In this document: positions 55,418 to 64,000 of the stretch, piece by piece
Layout of the letters: each line of letters opens with the position of its first letter
How positions within the stretch are numbered: position 1 is the first letter of the stretch
DNA from: Corallochytrium limacisporum Hawaii
Lineage: Eukaryota > Protista > Pluriformea
DNA: 64,000 nt
Reading direction: 5' to 3'
Assembly: GCA_002811645.1 (NCBI GenBank)
Contig: PDIP01000022.1
Location: 289,509 to 353,508, forward strand
Notes under the pieces: model-generated
Told to the model about the DNA's origin: nothing
The model's database searches: none
Seen by the model: only the letters and a program-made list of their open reading frames with translations
Made by a program: the position numbers and the translations under genes

Positions 55418-55575
55418 AGCGACCGGGGTGAGCAGCGGGGCCGATCAAGAGCGGGTCCGATCCCAATGATATACTTCATGGGAGAAATCACGAAATATGA
55501 AAAATTAAATAGATCCCCATTTTCGTGTCCAGCTGAATTAGCCCCGTTGGTAGCATGAGGGTATCACACAAGGGG

Positions 55576-55610
55576 GGGCCGGGATGGTCCCATCCCGGCC
55601 CTGTATTTTC
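55576..55610 (+). other. Perfect GC-rich hairpin followed by a T-rich tract
   Basis: gggccgggatgg-tc-ccatcccggccc, then tgtattttc. Confidence 0.7.
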
Positions 55611-56507
55611 ATATACCTACGTATTCCAATTCCAATTCCGCATAGCCGGAGTACTGCGCACAGCGTCGGCGTAGATGGGACCCGACTTCCTCAGTGCGCA
55701 GGCCATCCCCCCCCCCCTCCCCTCCCCTCCCTTTTTCCCTGACCCTCCCTAATGAAACCTCCCATGCTCGGTCCCCGAAAATTCCCTCCCCCCCCACAAT
55801 TCAACCCGGTGGTTTTCATACATTCACTACTGGCAGAGAGAAGCCAAAGTGGTGCTGACTCACACACTCTTCGTATTTTTTTTCTAAAGGGTTCCCTCTC
55901 TCCAGCCCCACACTACCCCTGGCTCACCCTCGTCTCTCTCTCTCTCTCTCTACTTCTCCCATTTTTTTTTTTCCTTCCCTCTTCTGTCCCTTTCGCCAGT
56001 GACAGGGAATGACGGCGGGTAGGAAATATGTTCGCTTCATTCCTGACCGGCCAGGAGTGTCAGTGCGTTCGGAACGAGGTTTGATCGCGGTGCCCAAATG
56101 CACGAGAAATCGCCAAAGATTTGACGTCGCTTTGTACGTCAGAGGGGATACCAAGCGAGGGTAAGGGGGGAAAAGGGGAGAGGGAAGGGGCGAGGGAGGA
56201 GGGCTTCCTTTTGCCTTTGCCAAATCCGTCTTTTGAACCTTACTGCTGCTGAGAATCATTCATTGCCGCACGCACCGAGGGAGAGTTGGTCTGGGGTTTG
56301 CTGAATCTTTTCATGAGAAAGCACATTGAAGAGATTGCTCACTCGTGTGAGCAGGGTGTCTTTGGATGGATAATATCAGGAGTGCTGGCCTGACGCTCCC
56401 ATATCGGTGGAGTGACTGGCCAAATCGCGCAAGTACGGGTACTTAAGTCTGGGCAGGGTAATCATAAGGGCGAAATTGTCAGGTACTTAGTATCTGCCTT
56501 CAAAGCA

Positions 56508-57641
56508 ATGTCCCTGTCGGTGTCTTGGTTGGCAAGAACTTTTCGGACATTAAATACTTCGACTACTACCATCCCTAGGAAACAAATCACTGCTGTGTTC
56601 TGGCTAAACTACACAACAAGTGCAATCATGAGCAAACCCGTAGGCGCCGACCATAAGGGAACCTGGCAGACTTCCATCGCTAAGGACGGTTCCTTCAAGC
56701 GCAGGGAAAGTCAATTCCGCAGGAAGGTTGGTCAAGATGTTCCTGCGGAGGCCGGCCGGTACCACCTGTACGTAAGCTATGCGTGCCCTTGGGCCCACCG
56801 CACGCTGATCACCCGCGCTCTCAAGGGCCTTGAAGACACTATCACCTTCAATGCAGTGCATTGGCACCTGACCAAGGGTGGATGGCACTTTAGCAACCCT
56901 GAGGAGTGCCCTGGTGCCGAACCCGACCCGATTAACAATTTTGACTACCTACGCAAAGTATATCTACAGTCCCAAGAGGACTACAGCGCAAATGTCACCG
57001 TGCCCATCTTCTACGATAAGAAGGAGAAGCGGATCGTTAACAACGAAAGCGCTGAGATTATTCGGTTCATGAACACGGAGTTCAATGAATTCTCCAAGAC
57101 GCCTGAGCAGGCTGCTCTGGACCTCTATCCCGAGGGTCTACGGGATAAGATTGACGAGCTTAACGCCTGGATTTACCCCAACATCAACAACGGTGTCTAC
57201 CGCTGTGGTTTTGCTCGCACCCAGGAGGCATACGACACTGCGTTCCAGGAGCTGTTCCAGCATCTGGATAAAGTCGAGGAAATCCTCAGCCAGCAGCGGT
57301 ACCTAACTGGTGACAAACTGACCGAGGCGGACGTCCGTCTGTTTACTACCCTGATTCGGTTCGACATTGTCTACGTTTGCCACTTTAAGACGAACAAGAA
57401 GCGCATCATTGACTACCCGAACATCCACAACTATATGTTGGAAATCTACCAGATGCCAGCCGTCAAGGAGACCTGCAATCTAGAGCACATCAAGAAGCAC
57501 TACTTTATCAGTCACGAGTCCATCAACCCTACCGCCATCGTCCCCAACGGTCCGGAGGTCGATTTTGAAGCCAAACACGACCGCGCGGAAAAGTTTCCGA
57601 CCAAGGAGATCTTTGTACACAACAGGGCGGTATCGGGCTGA
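56508..57641 (+). CDS. Glutathionyl-hydroquinone reductase (Xi-class GST, Ecm4/YqjG-like)
   Basis: [61 protein letters not shown]. In-frame ATGs at 56508 and 56628. Confidence 0.96.
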   Translation: MSLSVSWLARTFRTLNTSTTTIPRKQITAVFWLNYTTSAIMSKPVGADHKGTWQTSIAKDGSFKRRESQFRRKVGQDVPAEAGRYHLYVSYACPWAHRTLITRALKGLEDTITFNAVHWHLTKGGWHFSNPEECPGAEPDPINNFDYLRKVYLQSQEDYSANVTVPIFYDKKEKRIVNNESAEIIRFMNTEFNEFSKTPEQAALDLYPEGLRDKIDELNAWIYPNINNGVYRCGFARTQEAYDTAFQELFQHLDKVEEILSQQRYLTGDKLTEADVRLFTTLIRFDIVYVCHFKTNKKRIIDYPNIHNYMLEIYQMPAVKETCNLEHIKKHYFISHESINPTAIVPNGPEVDFEAKHDRAEKFPTKEIFVHNRAVSG

Positions 57642-57763
57642 GGCACAAATAATGCCATGCACTGTAGGACTAGGTTTGTAATCGTAAAGTTTGCTAATAC
57701 ATTTTTCAAAGGTTTGTAAGCCATCGTTGTTGACAATGTAGGAAATGCTACGGGATCGGATAT

Positions 57764-58740
57764 CTAGACTTGGGCATCCAAACGACCCCAGAGCAAATCG
57801 CTGGACCCGCCAGCGAAATGCATCCCACGCTCATCGGAACTGTCGCTGTCATGGTCTGAGTGCCTCTTTGGCGTCTTCGCCATGCCTTCTCTTCCCTTCT
57901 GCCGATGCCCATAGTCAGAAGAACGAGAGTGCGTTGGTTTGCCATTGTCAGTGTTGGCTATTCTTGCTTTGTGGCGGTGGAAGGCGACATTTTGAGGGCA
58001 CACCGGATTTGGCAGTTTGGGGGCCTGACCGGATGTTTGAGGGGAGAAAATAGCATCCTTCTTTGCTTGAGCGCTACCTGACAGCTGCTGCTGGTGCTGG
58101 CTCTGGAGCTGGGCCGTTCGCAACTGACTTCCACGTCTCAGGTTCTCGACGGCGCGCCCTAGTCCCCTGAGAACCTTGCCACGATGATCGTACTTGTTTT
58201 GCAATTCACCGTACGCCGAGGATAGTTCTTCCTGTGCCTTTCGCAACAGCTCCATTTCCCTGTACATACAAGATACCTTGTCCGCCAAGCGGTCTTTCTC
58301 CTTCTGCACCGACTGCAGATCGCTCCTGGTCAAAGTCCGCTGCAGAGACATTTGGTAGGCCCAGAAATTGAGAGCTTTGGTCGCAAGCTCCATGATCTCC
58401 TCTGGATTCAAGCCTACCAAAGCAAAGGCACGCTGAGACTCTGTCAGTTCGGAGAGATTCATGGACTGAACTGCTTTGCGGTCCCTCAGATCGTCTTTGC
58501 ATAGCACACACACCCTACCGTATCTGCCCTTTGAAACCGGCGGGTGGTCGGAGCAGAAAATGTCTGCAGGTCATTGATGGTTAGCTCACGAACCCCACCA
58601 CTTATTCAGGTTTAGATCTTTTGCAATAAAACATACTTACGGGAGCATTGAGTAATATAGACGTTGTCAAGCAGTCGTCTTCCGCATTCAGGGTTGTTGC
58701 AGATGAGACCCGAATCGGAGGTCGCGATCGGCAAACTCAT
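57764..58740 (-). CDS. HEI10: Meiotic RING E3 ligase HEI10/CCNB1IP1; two exons, 58740-58641 and 58563-57764 (299 aa)
   Basis: Splicing joins CNNPEC..TQCS|HIFCSDH..CVLC into the HEI10-type RING. This is followed by LVGLNPEEIMELATKALNFWAYQ and a coiled coil. Exon lengths 100+800 nt keep the frame. Confidence 0.92.
58564..58640 (-). other. 77-nt spliceosomal intron in HEI10
   Basis: Donor GTAAGT, branch point GCTAAC (58585-58580), acceptor CTGCAG. Confidence 0.92.
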
Positions 58741-59231
58741 GGTCTCCAAACTGTATCCGTCCAAGACTGTGGTGAGTGTATATTCCGTATATTTCAAAAA
58801 TTGAAAATGTGCACGTGTTTTGGCCGCTACACCATGATCTACAGGGAATGGCACAAGCGGTACCCACACCGCTTGAATACGTGCTCACAGCCCCCAGCGA
58901 GACCCGCTCGCCGAGGATTGATAGTCTTGAGACCTCCCCCCCCCCCACCTTCCCCCTTCCCGAAAGTGGGGAGAGGCCCTAGTGGCCCGAGATCGGATGC
59001 TGAGAAAGGCTTGTCCTTCAGGGATTTGATGACCCAAGTTAGCAACCAATTTGAAGTGTACAGATGGCCCGTCTTCGCATAAGTTAAACCGCAGAGTGTA
59101 TTCTTGGCAGTACGGCTGTGCTGTGGATAAATGCATGATGGGCGCAAAAACACGGAAAAAAAGTACGTTGTTAGATTGTACGTTGTTAGATAGTGTGGTA
59201 GTAATTGAGTTTGATAAATATCTGTGCTTCC

Positions 59232-61799
59232 TCAGGCTCCCGAGGCGGATACGTCTCCTTCGGCAGCAGTGTCGCTGTCACCTGCGGCTTCACCGTCAGT
59301 TTCGGAGCTTTCCGGCGATTTCCGAATCGTTTCCAGGGCAGGCACGGTCCGACCTGCCGTCAAGTCAACGCGCTGGAAGCGGACAGCACCGATCAGCTGC
59401 TCAGGCAATTCGGCCGCGGCCTGGGCTTCGATGAGGAAGGCAAGGTCAAGAACCATGCTCTTGGTCACACCCAGGACTTGGCCCGTAACCCGGCGAGCGT
59501 GCGGGTCGCTGTTCACATCCACGTCCACTTCAAACCAATTTTTGCCGTTGTAGTAAGGAATGCGCAATCCCTTGGTACCAATGATAACGGGTTGGCTCCG
59601 CACCAGGTTTTTGATCAGGAAGTTGCCCTCTACCATGCTCGGGATCAGTTTGAAGCGCGTATTCCGGAAGTCGACATCGCCCTCGATGAAATCGGTGAGA
59701 AGTTCATTAAACTTGGAGTCCTTCTTATTCCATTCACTATCCGACGGTTGGAAGTAGAGTACCACACAAAGGTTTTTGGAATGGGGCAGGACAAGGTTCA
59801 CAATGAAAGTAAACTTGGAGGGATCCTTACGTTCCGCATCCGTCATGCGGTCATTCAGCATGCAATAAGGATGGTTGCCGATCCCGTAGCGTTCGTCTGG
59901 CTTTTCAAAACTGAACAAGTCCAGGGCCACACAGTGGAACGCGGAGTCCGATGCGGTGATCTTGACCCGGTCTTCGAGATAGTTGGGTCCACGAACCTTG
60001 AATTTGGATGCGTGCGGCTCTCCCCACATTTCGTCCGGACAGGTCGAAGGATACGTCTTTACACCGACCACCAGGCCACGATGGTCCACGCCGACCTCCG
60101 TTTGAGCACTGTCTGGTGTTTCGAAGTCCAATGTCGGGTCAACGTAGTTGATGCGCTGGATCTCATCACTGATGGCCAGCAAGGCCTTGAGCATAGGCTT
60201 CACGAACGGTGTGCCCTTCTGACCCAACTTGCTAAAGTATGTCGACAATCCCGACGGGTCGTAACGAATGTGATAGGTCACGAGACAGCTCAGTGTATCG
60301 CTGGATACACCGGCAGCCTTGTGCTGGCGGTAGATCTCGGGCTTCAGAGGACTGAGGAAGAACGCGCTGCCACCCATGTTAGCGCGAACGTAGCGTTTGT
60401 TAGGGGGGTAGTCCGGGTGCAGGGTGGACTGATACAGAACAATGTATGTACCGTTCTCCTCACGCAACCAGTACCGAATCAACACCATGTCACGTGGCTT
60501 CTGCCACAGAGGCCAGATCCACACCGGCCGCTGACGCACGTAGAGAATATCCGTGTGCTCGTCCTTATCTTCGATGACCTTCACTTCACTCACGCTGGGG
60601 TCCCACAAACGCCATGCATCCTTATCCATAATCAGACGGAAGACATCCCGAGGCGATCCGATAACCGTTTTGGAGGCGACCAAGGGAGGGATGAACTCCT
60701 GCATCTCCCGAGTGTCCCCCTTATCGACGAAAATATGGTAGAGGAGGTAGTGGCAGGCATAAGCACCGATGGCCACACCAAGGAAAACGGCCATGAGGAT
60801 GTTTATGTCCAGAATCCAGTGCAGGACAATAACGACAATCAAGCCGACACCCACGGCGCCCAAGATCGCTTGATTGTACTGCTCGGCAGAGCGATTGAAA
60901 AAGCGTTGGTAGCTTTCGTCACTATCATCCTCAACCTCAGCTTCCCGTAAGACGGTAATGCCGTCCATTACCTCGTATACGGTCATACGGTTCTTTTCTG
61001 AAATTTTGGCAAAGCTGGCCCCCAGCTGCGACTCCCCACTTTCCAATTTGGATCCATTTTGACCTGGAATGACGAACATGCCACCGTCACTTGCGCTGCG
61101 CGTGTGGGACCTTGTGCGGGTGCGCGTCTTGGTGTCCGCCCGTTCGGCCTTGAGCAGACCCTGGATGGCTGCCGGCGTCACACCAATATCTGCGTCCTTC
61201 TCAGAGTAGGAAAGGCGCTTGGTCATTGGGAGCTCCTGCTCGATGGCCTCCTTTATGGAACTGATCCACTTCTCCAGTTCTTCCTCCACGTCCAGAGCGA
61301 ATTCAATGGTAGATGTGCCGTGGGTATCGAGGGCCTGAAAAGCCAGGTACGAGTCGCCGCGGGTGGTCCTCTGATCTGCTCGCGAACGGGAGCTAATCTC
61401 ACTCAAATGGTCGTGCAATTCGCTGCGGTCCACGTCAAGACTGGCCGCACTGGAACTGTCCGAGGGCTTGGCCAGGGCAGACTGGCTTCGGTTGACCTTC
61501 CTGTTTTTGTTATACACGGACGAAGTCCGCTTGTGTTTCTTGTTGGACTTGTTCGGTACCGTTACCTTGAAGGCCGGGTAGTCCACACCCTGGACCTTCT
61601 GCACCTGGCAGCGACCGTCCAAGAAGATTGTGCGGCGAGGTTGCGTATCCTTCTCATCGCCCAAGATCACCAGCAGCTTGTCGTAGAGCTTCAGGTAGCG
61701 TGGAGTCCAAACAAAGGTCAGATTCTCCCTACGTCGCTTGACCCAACCCTCCATGGTAGCGTGCAGCTGCGGTGTCTGTTCGCCCGATGCTACAGACAT
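59232..61799 (-). CDS. EDR2-like protein (PH - TM hairpin - START - DUF1336/EDR2_C)
   Basis: PH domain (MEGWV..PRYLKL..WISSI), START domain (WDPSV, KPRDMVLIRYW..GTYIVLYQS..RYVRA), EDR2_C domain (FKVRGPNYLEDRVK, RFKLIP, FEVDVDV, ELPEQLIG). Confidence 0.92.
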   Translation of the reverse strand: MSVASGEQTPQLHATMEGWVKRRRENLTFVWTPRYLKLYDKLLVILGDEKDTQPRRTIFLDGRCQVQKVQGVDYPAFKVTVPNKSNKKHKRTSSVYNKNRKVNRSQSALAKPSDSSSAASLDVDRSELHDHLSEISSRSRADQRTTRGDSYLAFQALDTHGTSTIEFALDVEEELEKWISSIKEAIEQELPMTKRLSYSEKDADIGVTPAAIQGLLKAERADTKTRTRTRSHTRSASDGGMFVIPGQNGSKLESGESQLGASFAKISEKNRMTVYEVMDGITVLREAEVEDDSDESYQRFFNRSAEQYNQAILGAVGVGLIVVIVLHWILDINILMAVFLGVAIGAYACHYLLYHIFVDKGDTREMQEFIPPLVASKTVIGSPRDVFRLIMDKDAWRLWDPSVSEVKVIEDKDEHTDILYVRQRPVWIWPLWQKPRDMVLIRYWLREENGTYIVLYQSTLHPDYPPNKRYVRANMGGSAFFLSPLKPEIYRQHKAAGVSSDTLSCLVTYHIRYDPSGLSTYFSKLGQKGTPFVKPMLKALLAISDEIQRINYVDPTLDFETPDSAQTEVGVDHRGLVVGVKTYPSTCPDEMWGEPHASKFKVRGPNYLEDRVKITASDSAFHCVALDLFSFEKPDERYGIGNHPYCMLNDRMTDAERKDPSKFTFIVNLVLPHSKNLCVVLYFQPSDSEWNKKDSKFNELLTDFIEGDVDFRNTRFKLIPSMVEGNFLIKNLVRSQPVIIGTKGLRIPYYNGKNWFEVDVDVNSDPHARRVTGQVLGVTKSMVLDLAFLIEAQAAAELPEQLIGAVRFQRVDLTAGRTVPALETIRKSPESSETDGEAAGDSDTAAEGDVSASGA

Positions 61800-64000
61800 G
61801 GGTTGGCTCAACTTAAGTTCCCCGTTTTACTATATAGAATTCTCCGGTCAAAGTCTCACTCTTTCAGTCACGGTGTCTCGCTTAGCCGACGAAGAGGAGG
61901 CCAAACGTTAGGTGGTATGTTGCGCACTATTGAACCAAGCAAGCAAACAATATTGACCGTCTGTGCGTTGACAGTGTAAAGAGCACATTCCACCGATTAC
62001 GTTGCACTGTCGCCATAAAATAGCACTGATCCTAGATTCCGATCCTGTTCTGCCAGTTCCTGAGGCTCAGGTAAGATACCGAACGCACATATGCTTCTTC
62101 GTACGTGAGCCTTGAGCAAATTAGCAGGCCGCTGATACACATGAAAACCTACAGCAAATAAGAACAGCGAGTTCGACCCGTCCCGTGATCCAAAGGGGCT
62201 TTACCTTTTTGTTTCAGCGGAAGAAACCACAAACCATCGTCTCCAATTTCTGTGGTCAAAAAAAGCAAACCGAACCGCCCCACACAACCCCCCCCCCCCG
62301 CCGGCGGGCCTTGGGGATCTCATCATCACCAAGGCGGGAACGGGAAGGAAAGAGAGCGGCAAAGAAAAACCTCCCCCTCTCTCCTCCTCGTCTCCTCGCG
62401 GCCCCGAAGGGAGAAGGAAGAAAAGGAAGGGAGGAGGAGAAGAAGAGAGGAAAAGGAGGGAGGGTTGGGCTAATGGGGGGGGGGGGAGACGGGAGAGAGC
62501 ACAGGAGGGGCTGCGGCACATACCAATCAGTCACCAACTTTCTATTTTAAAAAAATGAAAAATGTGGAAACGAAACGATACTTAAAAAAACAGACCGGGA
62601 AGTGTTAAGAGAAGAGAGAGAGAAAAGGGGGGCCACCGGCCCCTACACAGGACACAAAAGGTTGAAAGCACGTACGAGTCCGACCGAAAATAATTCTGCG
62701 GGTGTGTGTGTGTCATTTTTCACCGGCTCGCTCACCGGAATTGATGAGATTACCTCAGCACAGCAAAGCAAGCAGCAAACCCTCCTCCTCGCTCTGAGAG
62801 AGAGAAGCCACCCCCCCCCTCCACCCTTCCCTGCGGTGCGGTGCTGCGGTGGTGGTGGGGCAGGCGGTGCGGGCGACGGGTCCAGGAAGGGAGGAGAAAC
62901 ACGCCCCGTCCCCGGCTCACCACGCTGGGTTAGGCAAGAGATAAAATAGAAAAAAAAAAGACAGGGAGAGAGGACCACGTAAAAATTGCGCTAATTTGAC
63001 ACACCGGTCCGGTCAGGAAAGGGGAGAGAGAGAGAGAGAGAGACCCCTCCCTCTCCTCCACTTTCTCTTGTCTGCCTGCCCAACCGTCGTCGACACTCAC
63101 ACAACGCAAACAGGAGAAATACTTAAAAAAGGAAAGTAAAAGGAAAAAAATGGGCAAAGATTAAAAAATAATCGAATCGGAAAAACTCGCAAGGATTGAA
63201 GATAATAAACGAAGAAAAAATACAAACCCCAAGGCCGGCAGGAACGGTGGTGTCTTCAGGACACACTTACAAAACTACGACACATTTCCCACTTTTCTCT
63301 CATTCCTCCCCACTCCCCAACCGAACCCCAAAAACTCCTCTACAACGATCGGTACTAAATAATAGGGAATTCTAATCACCAAGGGAAAAATACCAATGAT
63401 TTCTTGTCTTTGGACGCGCGGGAAGCGAGGGCCCGGGTAGAGAACACCTGGGAATTGGGCGGGTGATGCCCGGATCAAGCTCTCGGATCAGAAGAACATC
63501 ACCCAAAAAGTAAGAGAGAGAAGAGAGAGAACAAAGATAGATTAAAAAAAAATAGAAACCCCCAGGGAACGAAATACACCAGAAAAAAGCAATGAAATCA
63601 AGCAAAAGCGAAGGAAGGTGATGAGACCACCGGTCCCACCAGCTCGGGCCGCGTTGGGACCCGTCCGGACACTGCGACAATCCACCCATCCACCCGTGCG
63701 GGGCCCAGTCACTCACTCACTCACTCACTCACACAGACAGACAGCCAACACAGCGCTGTTTATTGTTCGGTCCTCCCAGTCAGTCACAGTCCGAGCTATC
63801 CTTCCTTCAAAGCAATACACCGGGCCAAGATTAGTGAGAGAAACAAAAGACTGGCCAATGCAGCCAATGGGAGAAAATCCTCCCGAAGCCATCGACCGAA
63901 GACGGCGCATAAAAAGAGAAACGGAAAATTGGGTGGTACTACTACCCCCGGGGGGGGGGGGGGGTTGGGAGAGATGATAGAGAGAGTGGAGGGTTTGGCT

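Noticed and set aside
59205-60950. 581-aa + strand ORF, and similar long antisense ORFs at 5983-6843, 14963-15901, 20445-21506, 44038-44775, 46797-47834 and 61059-61979
   Set aside because: Each lies antisense to a well-supported gene with strong codon bias and has no recognisable motifs. These are shadow ORFs.
62165-62190. GAGTTCGACCC, resembling a tRNA T-loop/B-box
   Set aside because: No acceptor stem, D-arm or anticodon arm can be built around it. No tRNA, rRNA or snRNA was recognised anywhere in the window.

Overview
Eukaryotic nuclear DNA from a compact, almost intron-free genome. The mix of animal-like and fungal/plant-like genes suggests a unicellular opisthokont, possibly a Corallochytrium-like holozoan (inference). 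There are 21 credible protein-coding genes: an ADP1-like ABCG, FEN1, a TPR-like 2OG-Fe(II) oxygenase, an SLC5 symporter, an epoxide hydrolase, a GH3-family protein, a long-chain acyl-CoA synthetase, an MFS transporter, a Dispatched-like RND protein, SAR1, an orphan 72-aa tandem-repeat protein, an ASMase/PPN1-like phosphoesterase, an ECHDC1-like protein, SPT16, TMEM256, DDA1, GPC1, a DUF2804 protein, a glutathionyl-hydroquinone reductase, a two-exon HEI10 and an EDR2-like protein. Genes are separated by low-complexity spacers rich in G/C homopolymers, and there are four assembly gaps. Main observations: (1) a decayed DLEC1/CFAP81-like flagellar central-pair gene at about 25.5-26.8 kb that the ORF track misses; (2) the only clear intron lies in the meiotic gene HEI10; (3) poly-G tracts upstream of most genes are strand-polarised, and palindromic CnGn motifs recur; (4) a possible oxidise/hydrolyse/acyl-conjugate/export gene neighbourhood; (5) four tiny uORFs in front of the SLC5 gene. 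All homology calls come from recalled motifs; no database searches were run.
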